Assembly (NCBI GenBank): GCA_963811685.1
Contig: CAWESK010000024.1
Span: 145,460 to 209,459 of the forward strand
DNA from: an uncultured beta proteobacterium
Lineage (GTDB): Bacteria > Pseudomonadota > Gammaproteobacteria > Burkholderiales > Casimicrobiaceae
Length of the DNA: 64,000 nucleotides
Direction of reading: 5' to 3'
The translations under genes and the position numbers were made by a program. Shown here piece by piece: positions 1 to 9,987 of the stretch. Positions within the stretch are counted from its first letter, which is position 1; every line of letters starts with the position of its first letter. The notes under the pieces were generated by a model that was not told the origin of the DNA, ran no database searches, and worked only from the letters and a program-made list of their open reading frames with translations.

Positions 1-384
1 GCGGCGGGCCGCCACGGCGCGCTCGGCGGCCTCGCCGATCTCGTCGTCGATGGAGCCGGCGAGCCACGCAACCTCGCCGTCTACTGGGTGACGGGCTTCC
101 TGTCCGCGTTTCTCGACAACGCGCCGACCTACCTTGTCTTCTTCGACCTCGCAGGGGGCAATGCGGCGGACCTGATGACCACGCACAACGCGACTCTGCG
201 GGCGATCTCGATGGGCGCCGTGTACTTCGGCGCGCTCACTTACATCGGCAACGCGCCCAATTTCATGATCAAGGCAGTCGCCGAGGACCGCGGCCTCGAG
301 ATGCCGAGCTTTTTCGGCTACGTCTTCCACGCAGGAATCGTGATGTTGCCGCTGCTCGCCGCAATCGGCCTCCTTTTTCTATGA
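1..384 (+). CDS. 3' part of an ArsB/NhaD-superfamily (CitMHS-like, putative Na+/H+ antiporter) permease; 5' end lies outside the window
   Basis: Frame 1 is open from base 1 to the stop at 382-384. The hydrophobic C-terminus (...FLDNAPTYLVFF...GNAPNFMIKAVAEDRG...) is typical of this permease superfamily. Confidence 0.55.
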   Translation, partial: AAGRHGALGGLADLVVDGAGEPRNLAVYWVTGFLSAFLDNAPTYLVFFDLAGGNAADLMTTHNATLRAISMGAVYFGALTYIGNAPNFMIKAVAEDRGLEMPSFFGYVFHAGIVMLPLLAAIGLLFL

Positions 385-653
385 CCGTTGTCATGCCGCC
401 GGCATTCGGATAGCATTTGCCGATCGGGGCCAGCAGATCCCCGGCGGCCTCCCGCCCAGACGGTGTCTCGTCCAAATCTGCCTCCCGTCCAGGATCGGAC
501 GGCAAGGCCATGGACACCGTCGCGCATTCACTTTCTTCACGCTCGAACGCAGCCTCCGCCGTGCGCATCGGCGCGGCCGCGTGCGGCTGTCGATCCGGAG
601 GCCTTCGCCATCCCATCCTGACATCCCTAATGCAACGAGAGCAGGAGCGAAAC

Positions 654-1280
654 ATGGACAAGGCAATGATCGGACTTGCGATGGCCGCGCTCGCCGGGAG
701 CGCGCAATGCGAGGTCGTCGGCTTCGATGCGGATCGGCCGGGAACGCTGCCGGCCGGCTGGGTCGCAGGCGTGACCGGCAGGGGCGGGCACCATTGGTCC
801 GTCGAGGCGGATGCCAGCGCGCCGAGCCCGCCGCACGTGCTGCGGCAATCGGGTGTCGGCGATTTTCCGTGGTGCGTGAAAAAGGACGTCGCGCTCGTCG
901 ACGGATTCGTCGAAGTCAAATTCAAGGCGTTGAGCGGCCGCGAGGACCAGGCGGGCGGTGTCGTCTGGCGGTGGAAGGACGGCGACCATTACTACGTCGC
1001 GCGCGCCAACGCGCTGGAGAACAACGTGTCGCTCTACTACACGGAGCACGGGCGCCGGATCACGATCAAGTACGTCGATGCACCGGTGCCGCCGAACGTG
1101 TGGCATACGCTGCGCGCGGAGTTCCAGGGCGCGCGGATCCGCGTCGTGCTGGACGGCAAGGCCTACATCGAGCAGGACGACCGCCACATCGCCGGCGCGG
1201 GCGCAGCAGGTGTATGGACGAAGGCGGACAGCGTCACCGCATTCGACGATTTCTCCTATGGCGCACCGGTTGCTCGATGA
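654..1280 (+). CDS. Secreted hypothetical protein, LamG/concanavalin-like (DUF1080-like) fold
   Basis: ATG at 654 lies 7 nt after AGGAG. Signal peptide MDKAMIGLAMAALAGSAQC. Body shows ...FVEVKFKALSG...VVWRWKDGDHYYVARANALENNVSLYY...WHTLRAEFQG..IRVVLDG. The upstream part of the 417..1280 ORF looks non-coding. Confidence 0.6.
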   Translation: MDKAMIGLAMAALAGSAQCEVVGFDADRPGTLPAGWVAGVTGRGGHHWSVEADASAPSPPHVLRQSGVGDFPWCVKKDVALVDGFVEVKFKALSGREDQAGGVVWRWKDGDHYYVARANALENNVSLYYTEHGRRITIKYVDAPVPPNVWHTLRAEFQGARIRVVLDGKAYIEQDDRHIAGAGAAGVWTKADSVTAFDDFSYGAPVAR

Positions 1281-2491
1281 GCAGGCAAGTCCACCGCATC
1301 CTGCTCGCCAAGGGCTTGCGCGCGTTCGGCGACGGCTTCGTCAGCGTGCTGTTGCCGCTCTATCTGCTCGAGCTCGGGCTCGGTCCGCTCGAAGTCGGGA
1401 TCATCGCGACCGCGACGCTTCTGGGGTCGGGCATCCTGACGCTGGCGGTGGGATTGCGCGCGCATCGCTTCCCCTACCGCACGCTGCTGCTCGCCGCGAC
1501 TGCACTGATGGCGGCGACGGGCCTCGGTTTCGCATTCGTCGGCGCCTTCTGGCCGCTGCTCGTCATCGCCGTCATCGGCACGCTCAATCCCTCGAGCGGC
1601 GACGTGAGCGTCTTCCTGCCGCTCGAGCACGCGGTGCTCTCGCATCTGGTCGGCGACCGGCAGCGAACGGCGGTGTTCGCGCGCTACAGCCTCGTCGGCT
1701 CTCTCGCCGCCGCGGTGGGCTCGCTGGCCGCGGCGGCGCCGACGATGATCGGCGAGCTCACGGGGCTTTCAACGCGCGCCTCGATCCAGGCGATGTTCGT
1801 CGTCTACGCGTTGCTCGGTGTCCTCGCGGCTATCGCGTATCGCGGGTTGCCGAAGACCGCCGAAGCGGGAGGGCCGCGTCCCAACGTTGCGCTCCGCGAA
1901 TCGAAGAAACGCGTCTGGACCCTCGCGGCGCTCTTCAGCCTCGACGCCTTCGGCGGCGGCTTCGTCGTGCAGTCGATGATCGCGCTCTGGCTGTACCAGC
2001 GGTTCGACTTGTCGTTCGCCGCGGCGGGCGCGATCTTCTTCTGGACCGGCCTGTTGACCGCAGCGTCGTATCTGGTCGCCGTGCGGATTGCGGGCCGCTT
2101 CGGCCTCGTCAATACGATGGTGTTCACGCATCTCCCGGCAAACGTGTGCCTGGCGCTGGTGCCGTTCATGCCGGATCTCGGCTGGGCGATCGCGCTCCTT
2201 TTCGTTCGCGCCGCGCTGTCGCAGATGGACGTGCCGACGCGAAGCTCCTACGTGATGGCGATCGTGCCCGTCGCCGAGCGCCCGGCGGCGGCCAGCATCA
2301 CGTCCGTGCCGCGCAGCCTCGCTTCAGCCGCCAGCCCGTTTATCGCGGGTTGGCTGCTCACCCTCTCGTCGTTCGGATGGCCGCTGCTCGCGGCGGGCGG
2401 CCTCAAGATCGTCTACGACCTGCTGTTGCTCGTGTATTTCGGCAAGGTGAAGCCGCCGGAGGAGCGGACGGCGCAGGCCACGGACGATTGA
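1277..2491 (+). CDS. MFS transporter
   Basis: ATG at 1277 overlaps the upstream stop (ATGA). About 12 hydrophobic segments; it is the C-terminal two thirds of the 581..2491 ORF. Confidence 0.75.
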   Translation: MSRQVHRILLAKGLRAFGDGFVSVLLPLYLLELGLGPLEVGIIATATLLGSGILTLAVGLRAHRFPYRTLLLAATALMAATGLGFAFVGAFWPLLVIAVIGTLNPSSGDVSVFLPLEHAVLSHLVGDRQRTAVFARYSLVGSLAAAVGSLAAAAPTMIGELTGLSTRASIQAMFVVYALLGVLAAIAYRGLPKTAEAGGPRPNVALRESKKRVWTLAALFSLDAFGGGFVVQSMIALWLYQRFDLSFAAAGAIFFWTGLLTAASYLVAVRIAGRFGLVNTMVFTHLPANVCLALVPFMPDLGWAIALLFVRAALSQMDVPTRSSYVMAIVPVAERPAAASITSVPRSLASAASPFIAGWLLTLSSFGWPLLAAGGLKIVYDLLLLVYFGKVKPPEERTAQATDD

Positions 2492-2514
2492 GGCGCAGAA
2501 CGGGCGCGTGCACT

Positions 2515-3135
2515 TCACCCCGCGAGTGGCTCACCCCGCAGCCACGCCTTGCCTCGCGCATACAACGCGCCGACTTCCGCTCCCTTGAGCCCCGGCATGT
2601 CCGTCTTGACCTTGTAGCCGATCCGGGTCTGGATGTACGCGAGGTGCCGGTAACCCTCGGGAAACGATTCGAGCAGCGCGTGATCGAGCTTCAGCGTGGC
2701 CGCGGGATCGATGGGATCGATGCGGTCCTTTTCGTAGATCGGCTGCCGCAGCACCACGCCCCATCTGCCGCCACGCTTCTCGATGAAATCGTAGAAGCGG
2801 CCCGTGCACACGATGTCGCAGCGCACGCCGTCGACGTCGCCGCGCTGCGAGATCGTCATCTTCGTCTGCGCGATCGCCCGATCGCCCGCGACATCGATCG
2901 TGGAGCCGCCCAGAAAATGCAGGATGCTGACGCCTTTGTTCCATCCTTCGATCGAGGCGCGAATGAAATCCTCTGCAGGCCCCTGGAACCAGGTCGCCAT
3001 CATGCGGCCGTCGTCGTGCCAGCAGGTCCGGAATCGCTCCCAGTCGCCGGCGTCGCGCCAGAGCGCCCAGTTTTCCACCAGCTCGCGAATCAGGAGCCGG
3101 TCGCGCAGATCGTCGGTCATCGCATCCTCGGTCAC
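2515..3135 (-). CDS. SnoaL-like / NTF2-superfamily protein
   Basis: 206-aa ORF. The GTG start overlaps the kinase stop (GTGA); an alternative ATG is at 3120. Sequence pattern is typical of SnoaL_4-type polyketide-cyclase-like proteins. Confidence 0.65.
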   Translation of the reverse strand: MTEDAMTDDLRDRLLIRELVENWALWRDAGDWERFRTCWHDDGRMMATWFQGPAEDFIRASIEGWNKGVSILHFLGGSTIDVAGDRAIAQTKMTISQRGDVDGVRCDIVCTGRFYDFIEKRGGRWGVVLRQPIYEKDRIDPIDPAATLKLDHALLESFPEGYRHLAYIQTRIGYKVKTDMPGLKGAEVGALYARGKAWLRGEPLAG

Positions 3136-5667
3136 GCCCGCACGGGCAGAGAGTCGATGATCCTGGCGAGCTCGGCCGCCTCCGCCGGCTTCACCAGGTG
3201 ATGATCGAAACCCGCCTCGAGCACGCGCCGGCGATCGTCGTCCTGACCGTAGCCGGTGAAGGCAATGAGCGTCACGCCGGCGAGCTCTGGCGAGTCCCTG
3301 AGCGTTCGGGCGACCTCGTAGCCGCTCATGCCGGGCAATCCGATATCCAGGAACACCGCCTCCGGCAGATAGTCCGCCGCGAGCGAAATCGCAGCCGGTC
3401 CGTCGTAGGCTGTCCGTACGTCGTGGCCCATCAACTCGAGGAGCGCGGTCAACATGCTCGCGAAATCGCGATTGTCGTCGACGACGAGGAGCCGTCGCCC
3501 CGCCGCCGGCGCGTCTTCTGCCGTGCCTTCGCGTGGAAGCTCCCCGGCATCGTGCTCGGTGGCGAGAGGAAGCCGGACGACGAATTCGCTGCCTTTCCCG
3601 CGGCCGCCGCTCGAGGCGTCGATCGAGCCTCCTTGCAGCTCGATCAGCCGTTTCGTCAGCGTGAGGCCGATGCCCAATCCGCCCTCGGTGCGGGCGAGAG
3701 AGCTTTCGCCCTGGACGAAGAGATCGAAGATCTTCGGCAGCAGCTCGGGCGCGATGCCGATGCCGTTGTCGTGCACGCGCAAGACCGCCAAGTCCCCTTC
3801 GCGCTCCACGATGACCTCAATATGACCGCCATGGGGCGTGTATTTCGCCGCGTTGCCGATGAGGTTGATGACGACCTGCGACAGACGCGTCGGGTCGGCG
3901 TGAACGGCCAGCGCTGCGTCGGCGAGCCGCACGTCCAATTCGTGCCGGCGGCGGTCGATCATCGGCCGGCTGGATTCGACGACGCGCGCGACCAGCTCAT
4001 TGAGATCCAGACGTTCTTTCTTCAGCGTGATCTTGCCGCGCGTGATCCTGCTGACATCGAGCAGGTCGTCGACGATGCGCGACAGGTGCTTCACCTGGCG
4101 ATCGAAAATGTCGCTGGCCCGCCCGAGCTGATTTCCGGGATCGTTCCGCAGCACGCCGAGCGCATTGACCATGGCCGCCAGCGGATTGCGCAGCTCGTGG
4201 CTCAGCATCGCCAGGAACTCGTTCATCTGCCGCGCGGATTCCTGCATCGCCTCCATGCGTCGGCGCGTGGTGAGGTCGCGCGTGATCTTGGCAAATCCGT
4301 ACAGCCGCCGGTCGTCGTCATAGAGAGCCGTGATGACGACGTTCGCCCAGAAGCGGCTGCCGTCCTTGCGCACGCGCCAGCCTTCGTCCTCGAAGCGGCC
4401 CTCGACCCGCGCGATCGCCAGCTCGTGCTCGGGCCAGCGCCGCGCGAGGTCCTCGGAGGTGTAGAACGTGGAAAAGTGCTTGCCGATGATCTCGGATGCG
4501 GCGTACCCCTTGATGCTCTGCGCGCCCTTGTTCCAGCTCGCGACGTTGCCGTTGGGATCGAGGCTGAAGATCGCGTAGTCCTTGACGCCGTCGACGAGAA
4601 GGCGAAAACGCTCCTCGCTCAGGCGCAGGACCGCCTCCCGCCGGCTCCGCTCCTCGAGCTCGAGGCGGAGCATCCGGTTCGCCTCCGCGAGCTCCTTCGT
4701 GCGGTCGTCGACGCGCTGGGCGAGGTCATCCTTGACGTCGCGCAACTCCGTCATCGCCCGCTCTCGCCCGCGCGTCACGGCCGCCCAGTGCGATGCCGGT
4801 CACCACCAGCGTGCTCGTGTACGCCAGCAGCAGCAGCATCGCGATGTTGGTCGACCACTGGCCGAACGGGCCGTGGCCGTTCACCGTGAACCAGATGGCC
4901 ATCCCGCACACCATGCGCGACCGCCGTCGTCACCTCGCGCTGCGTGAAGCGAATCGCGGCCCAGACCACGAGCGGAAGCGGCAGAAACGCAAGCGGAAGG
5001 GGCAGGCGTTCGGTCGGCACGCCGCCGAAGACAAGATACGTCACCAGAGCAAGCGTTATCAGCAGCGCGAGCGGCTTCGATGGCCTTCGGCAGCGGCCAT
5101 CGCGGCCATCCGGTCGCGCGCCAGCTCATGATGAGCGGGGTGACGACGATCATGCCGAACGCATCACCCTGCCACCATGTCCACGCATTGATGAAGATCG
5201 CAGGTTGGGAAAGTCCCTGGATAAGCGCAAGCGACGTGACGCCGATGCCGGCCGCAACCGCCGCGCTGACAGCACATGCGATGACGAACTTGAGGACCTG
5301 CTGTCCGCTTCCGAATGGCCCGCTCGCCGCGTGGCGCCGAATCAGCGCGGCCGCAAGGAGGGCTTCGAGAGTGTTGCCGGTGCCGATCAGGAACGCGAGC
5401 AGCGGCAGCCCCTGGATGGAGAGATTGGTCAGACGCGGCCCCGAGCCAGATGCCGGGCCAGATGCGCGGTCCAACGAGCAACACGGCCGTGAGGGCGATG
5501 CCCGATGGCGGCCACACCGCGGTCGCGTAACCCGGTGGAACGGCGAGCAGCAGAGAAAGCTTCGCCGTCGCGAAATACACCGCGGCCAGCAAGCTCATCT
5601 GGCCCAGCTCGGAGAAGCTGCGGGGGAATGCGGTGGTAGCCAAGATGAGGCGGTCCGGAACGGGCAA
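3132..5667 (-). pseudogene. MASE1-PAS hybrid sensor histidine kinase with C-terminal receiver; the N-terminal MASE1 domain is split over four frames
   Basis: 4778->3132 is one clean frame. It holds a coiled coil, PAS, H-box SHELRNPL, HDNGIGI, GGLGIGL and a receiver (LLVVDDN...DIGLPGMSG...LVKP). The MASE1 membrane domain continues upstream in other frames, with frame changes near 4781, 4916, 5071 and 5433; each is explicable by one extra base. Confidence 0.8.
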
Positions 5668-5888
5668 GGGGACGCTACTACGTCGACCTCGGAGGGGTCA
5701 AGAGAGGCCGGAGGAGACGAGGAAGTCTATCGTACTGGTCGATAGGCACGGAAGATGCGAACCAGCCGCGCCGAGATAGTCGAGGTGTCGACCGCACGTG
5801 CAACGCTTCGCGGTTGAGCTCGTTAACCCATTGAACCGGCGAGGGCGACCTCGCGGCGCCGATTCGGCGGCAACGGCTGCCGTTTCAA

Positions 5889-6545
5889 TCAGGCGGCGAT
5901 CGCTCGCTTGCGCAGAAAGACATGTGTCGCGCGCTCGCCCGCCACCGAGCGGGCGCATTCATAGCCGAGCACGCGCATGTCGATGTCGTGCAGGAGATGC
6001 TCGCCGGAGCCGAGCAGGACGGGCCGGATCGCGAGGTGCAGCTCGTCGATCAGCGCGGCGCGCAGATACTGCCGGATGGTGGCTACGCCGCCGCCGAGGC
6101 GGACGTCGCGCCCGCCGGCCGCCGCCTTCGCCTGCTCCAGCGCAGCGTGAATGCCGTCGGTGACGAAGCGGAACTCGGTGCCGCCGGCCATCCTGAGCGG
6201 CGCGCGCGGGTGATGCGTCAGCACGAAGACGGGCGTGTGATACGGCGGCTCGTCGCCCCACCATCCTTTCCAGCTGTCGTCGGGCCAGGGACCGCGGATC
6301 GGACCGAACATGTTGCGTCCCAGGATCCAGGCGCCGATGCCGGCGAAGCCCTGCTCCGCAATCTCGTTGTCGACCCCGCTTTCCCCGTCGTCGTGGCCGT
6401 GCATCTTCCGCCACATGCGCGTGGGGAAGAACCACTCCATCAGCTCGGGACCCCGGACGCCGAGCGGATTCTGCAGGTCCTGGTTCGGCCCGGCGCCATA
6501 GCCGTCGATGGAAATCGCAAAACTCTGGACGCGGAGTTTCGACAC
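5889..6545 (-). CDS. Dihydrofolate-reductase-family protein (RibD C-terminal domain type)
   Basis: GTG at 6545 lies 5 nt after AAGGAA. Sequence VSKLRVQSFAISIDGYGAG...GRNMF...VFVLTHH...GGGVATIRQYL is typical of the YwjB/RibD_C family. The longer 327-aa ORF overlaps lutC and is not supported. Confidence 0.7.
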   Translation of the reverse strand: MSKLRVQSFAISIDGYGAGPNQDLQNPLGVRGPELMEWFFPTRMWRKMHGHDDGESGVDNEIAEQGFAGIGAWILGRNMFGPIRGPWPDDSWKGWWGDEPPYHTPVFVLTHHPRAPLRMAGGTEFRFVTDGIHAALEQAKAAAGGRDVRLGGGVATIRQYLRAALIDELHLAIRPVLLGSGEHLLHDIDMRVLGYECARSVAGERATHVFLRKRAIAA

Positions 6546-6595
6546 TGCGTTCCTTGCTGCCTGGCTCGATGGCGGAGCTGCGCGGTGCGCCGGCG

Positions 6596-7288
6596 TCATC
6601 CAACGACGAGGATGTGCACGCGGAACGGTCCGTGCGCGCCGAGGACGATCGTCTGTTCGACGTCGCCGGTGCGCGACGGCCCCGAGATCATGTTGATCGC
6701 GCGCGGCAATTTGCCGCGTTCCTGGCGAACGAGGGCGAACGCCTCTTCCATCCCGGAGACGACCCGATCGGCGCGCAATATCGCAATGTGCGTGTCCGGC
6801 AGCAGCGTCGTCGCGGTCGGTGAATCCTTGCCCGTCAGCACCATCAGCGTGCCGGTCTCGGCGATCGCGCAAAACGCGCCAGTGATGCCGAGCCGATCGT
6901 TGCCTGAAGTCGGACGCGCCTCGACGACGAGCGACGCGCCCTTCCAGTCGAGATCGGCGAATTCCGGCCAGCAGACCCCCTTGCGCGACTTCTGCGAAGC
7001 GAGCGGCGGCGGCAACACCAGCGAATCGAGATAGCGCGCCACGGCGGCGGGTATCGCCCAGCGGTCCGCGACGCGCTCGATCGTGCTTTCCATGTCGGTG
7101 GCGCGCGTCATGAATTTCGCCAGCAGATCCGCCGGCATCGCGGGGCGCGGTCCCTGCGCGTGCGCCGCCATGTAGCCCTCGGCTTCCGCTCGTGCCGTGG
7201 CGCGATCGCCCGTGACGCCGAGGGCCTTCTTCACGCGGCCGAGGACCCCATCGCGCGCGGTCCTGTTCGAAGCGAGGTCGGTCGCCAT
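6596..7288 (-). CDS. lutC: Lactate utilisation protein C (LUD/YkgG domain)
   Basis: 230-aa ORF with the LUD-domain pattern (...GITGAFCAIAETGTLMV...LPDTHIAIL...GPSRTGDVE). It starts 1 nt after the aminotransferase stop. Confidence 0.8.
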   Translation of the reverse strand: MATDLASNRTARDGVLGRVKKALGVTGDRATARAEAEGYMAAHAQGPRPAMPADLLAKFMTRATDMESTIERVADRWAIPAAVARYLDSLVLPPPLASQKSRKGVCWPEFADLDWKGASLVVEARPTSGNDRLGITGAFCAIAETGTLMVLTGKDSPTATTLLPDTHIAILRADRVVSGMEEAFALVRQERGKLPRAINMISGPSRTGDVEQTIVLGAHGPFRVHILVVG

Positions 7289-7289
7289 C

Positions 7290-8570
7290 TCAGTCGACCG
7301 CGGTCCGCGCCTTGCGCACGGCGGCGCTCCTGCCGGCGTCTTTCATGTGCCGGCGCACGAACGCATCGAGGCGGGACACGCCGTCGCGGATCGCCGCGGG
7401 GGACGCCGCATACGAGAAGCGGATGTGCTGGCCGTCGCCGGGCACGCGCCGGCCGAAATGGATGTCCGCGAGCACAGCCACGCCGGCTTCGGTGAGCAGC
7501 CGCTTGCGAAACGCTTCCGAGTCGGGGCAGGCGGTGATCGAGCACGCCTCGGTCACGTTCGGCCACGCGTAGAACGCGCCGCCCGGCACCTTGCACGAAA
7601 TGCCGGGCACCTGGTTCAGCAGTCCGACGATCAGGTCGCGCCGCTCGAGGAAGCTCGCGCGCATCGCGTTGGCGGCATCCTGCGGTCCGGTGATCGCCTC
7701 GACCGCCGCCCACTGCGAGATCTGCGACGCGCAGGAGTCGGTGTTGGTGATCCAGCGCGTGAACACCGGCGCGAGCACGCGGTTGGCGGTGAAGCCGATC
7801 CGCCAGCCGGTCATCGCCCACGTCTTCGAGGCGCCGTCGCTGATGATCGTGCGCTCCTGCATCCCCGGCCTCCTGGCGAGCGTGTCGAACGCGCCGGCAT
7901 AGGCGAGCCGTGAGTAGATTTCGTCGGCGTACACCCATACCTGCGGATGCTGGCGGAGGATCTCGGCGATCGCGTCGAGATCGGCCGCCTGCAGCATCCC
8001 GCCCGTCGGGTTGTGCGGCGTGTTGAGGATGAGGAGGCGCGTCTTCGCGGTGATCTTCGCCTCGAGCTCGGCGGGATCGAACGCGAAGTCGCGCGATTCG
8101 CGCAGGTAGATCGGGACCGGCACCGCGCCGTTGGCGACGATCTGCGATTCGTAGATCGGGAACCCGGGAACGGGATAGATGACCTCGTCGCCGGCGCCGT
8201 GGTCGGTGACCGACGCAATGGCATACGCGATGAACGGCTTGGCGCCCGCGCCGACGACGACATCCTCGGGCGCAACTTCGATGCCGCGCCGCGCGCCGAT
8301 GTCCTTGGCCGCCGCAGCGCGCAGCTCGTCGATGCCGGCCGACGGCGTGTAGCCATGCTTGCCGCCACGTATGGCCGCGATCGCCGCATCCTGCACGTTG
8401 GTCGGCGTCGGGAAATCCGGCTGGCCGATGCAGAACGAGACGATGTCCTTGCCTTCGCGCACCAGCGCGTTGACTTCCGCCAGCACGACGAACGCATTTT
8501 CGGTGCCGAGCGATTCGGCGCGACGCGAGAGCGGGGGGACGGAAACATGGGCGTTGTGCGCGGCGTTCAT
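7290..8570 (-). CDS. Class I/II PLP-dependent aminotransferase (AspC/AlaA-like)
   Basis: 426 aa from MNAAHNA. Motifs LNTPHNPTGG and ISDGASKTWAMTGWRIGF (PLP lysine). The ATG overlaps the lutB stop (ATGA). The 815-aa track ORF is this frame running on, out of frame, through lutB. Confidence 0.85.
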   Translation of the reverse strand: MNAAHNAHVSVPPLSRRAESLGTENAFVVLAEVNALVREGKDIVSFCIGQPDFPTPTNVQDAAIAAIRGGKHGYTPSAGIDELRAAAAKDIGARRGIEVAPEDVVVGAGAKPFIAYAIASVTDHGAGDEVIYPVPGFPIYESQIVANGAVPVPIYLRESRDFAFDPAELEAKITAKTRLLILNTPHNPTGGMLQAADLDAIAEILRQHPQVWVYADEIYSRLAYAGAFDTLARRPGMQERTIISDGASKTWAMTGWRIGFTANRVLAPVFTRWITNTDSCASQISQWAAVEAITGPQDAANAMRASFLERRDLIVGLLNQVPGISCKVPGGAFYAWPNVTEACSITACPDSEAFRKRLLTEAGVAVLADIHFGRRVPGDGQHIRFSYAASPAAIRDGVSRLDAFVRRHMKDAGRSAAVRKARTAVD

Positions 8571-9985
8571 GCGGCAGTCTCCCGTTGCTTCGCGCGATAG
8601 AGCTCGCGAAACGTCTTGCCCGCCGGCGCCGGCAGGTCGCGGCCGTCGGTCCAGCCCCCGGCCAGGGGCAGCTTGTGAATCATGCCGCCGCTGCCGGCCC
8701 AGCCCTTGAGGACGCGCACGCCGAGCTTCGTTCCCAGCGCGTAGACCGCGGGATGCCGCGCGGCCCACGACCACAGGGCGAGGCCCGCGCGCTCGGTCCA
8801 CGGCCGCAGGCCGGTCGCGAACGCTTTTTCGCGCAGCTTGCGCTGCAAGTCGGGCAGCGGGATCTTCACCGGGCAGACGACGCCGCACTGGTTGCACAGC
8901 GTCGAGGCCGCCGGCAGGTCCTGCGCCTTGTCGAGACCGACGTACATCGGCGTCAGGATGGACCCGATCGGTCCGGGGTACACCCAGCCATACGAGTGAC
9001 CACCGACGTTCTGGTACACCGGGCAGTGATTCATGCAGGCGCCACAGCGGATGCAGCGCAGTGCCTCGCGCACGTCGCTCGCCAGCACGGCGGTGCGGCC
9101 GCTGTCGACGAGGATGAAGTACATGTGCTCGGCGCCGTGGAATTCGCCGACGGTCTTCGTGCCGGTGAGGATGTCCACGTAATTCGAGATCGACTGGCCG
9201 GTCGACGAGCGCGGAAGGAGGCGCATCAGCGTCGCGACATCCTCCAGCGTAGGGACGATCTTTTCGATGCCGGAGATCGCGACATGGACCTTCGGCAGCG
9301 TGGTCGTCAGCGTTGCATTGCCTTCGTTGGTCACGAGCACGACCGACCCCGTCTCGGCGACGAAGAAGTTGCCGCCCGAAATGCCCATGCCGGCCGTCAG
9401 GTAATGCTCGCGCAGCACGCCGCGCGCTTCGAGGCACAGCTCGTCGATGCCGGTCTTGAGCGGGGTTCCGTGCGCCTTGTGAAAGAGATCGGCGACCTCC
9501 TCCTTCGACTTGTGCAGCGCGGGCCCGATGATGTGCGACGGCGGCTCGTAGTCGTTGATCTGCAGGATGTATTCGCCGAGATCGGTCTCGACAACCTTCA
9601 TCCCCGCGCCTTCGATCGCGTGGTCGAGCGCCGATTCTTCCGACACCATCGACTTCGACTTGATGATCTTCTTCACCGCGTGTCTGGCGGCGATTTCCAG
9701 CACCAGCGCGTTGACGTCCGCCGGCGTCTCCGCCCACAGCACGGTCGCGCCGCGCGCCGTCGCGTTGCGCTCGAAGATCTCGAGCCAGACGTCGAGGTTG
9801 TCGAGCGCGCGGTTGCGGATCGCCTTGCCGGCGTCGCGCGTGCCTTCGAAATCGTCGAGCTCGATCAGCGAGGCGCGCCGCTTGGCGACGAACTTGCCCT
9901 GCATTTTCTTGAGGTTGTGCTGGAGTCGCTCGTCGTGCAGCTTGACGTGCGCGCGCTCCTTGAAGTGCATCGACGTGACTTGCAT
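8567..9985 (-). CDS. lutB: Lactate utilisation protein B (4Fe-4S, LUD domain)
   Basis: 472 aa with two ferredoxin-type clusters (CIRCGACMNHCPVY, CNQCGVVCPVKIP) and a LUD domain. Confidence 0.9.
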   Translation of the reverse strand: MQVTSMHFKERAHVKLHDERLQHNLKKMQGKFVAKRRASLIELDDFEGTRDAGKAIRNRALDNLDVWLEIFERNATARGATVLWAETPADVNALVLEIAARHAVKKIIKSKSMVSEESALDHAIEGAGMKVVETDLGEYILQINDYEPPSHIIGPALHKSKEEVADLFHKAHGTPLKTGIDELCLEARGVLREHYLTAGMGISGGNFFVAETGSVVLVTNEGNATLTTTLPKVHVAISGIEKIVPTLEDVATLMRLLPRSSTGQSISNYVDILTGTKTVGEFHGAEHMYFILVDSGRTAVLASDVREALRCIRCGACMNHCPVYQNVGGHSYGWVYPGPIGSILTPMYVGLDKAQDLPAASTLCNQCGVVCPVKIPLPDLQRKLREKAFATGLRPWTERAGLALWSWAARHPAVYALGTKLGVRVLKGWAGSGGMIHKLPLAGGWTDGRDLPAPAGKTFRELYRAKQRETAA

Positions 9986-9987
9986 CG

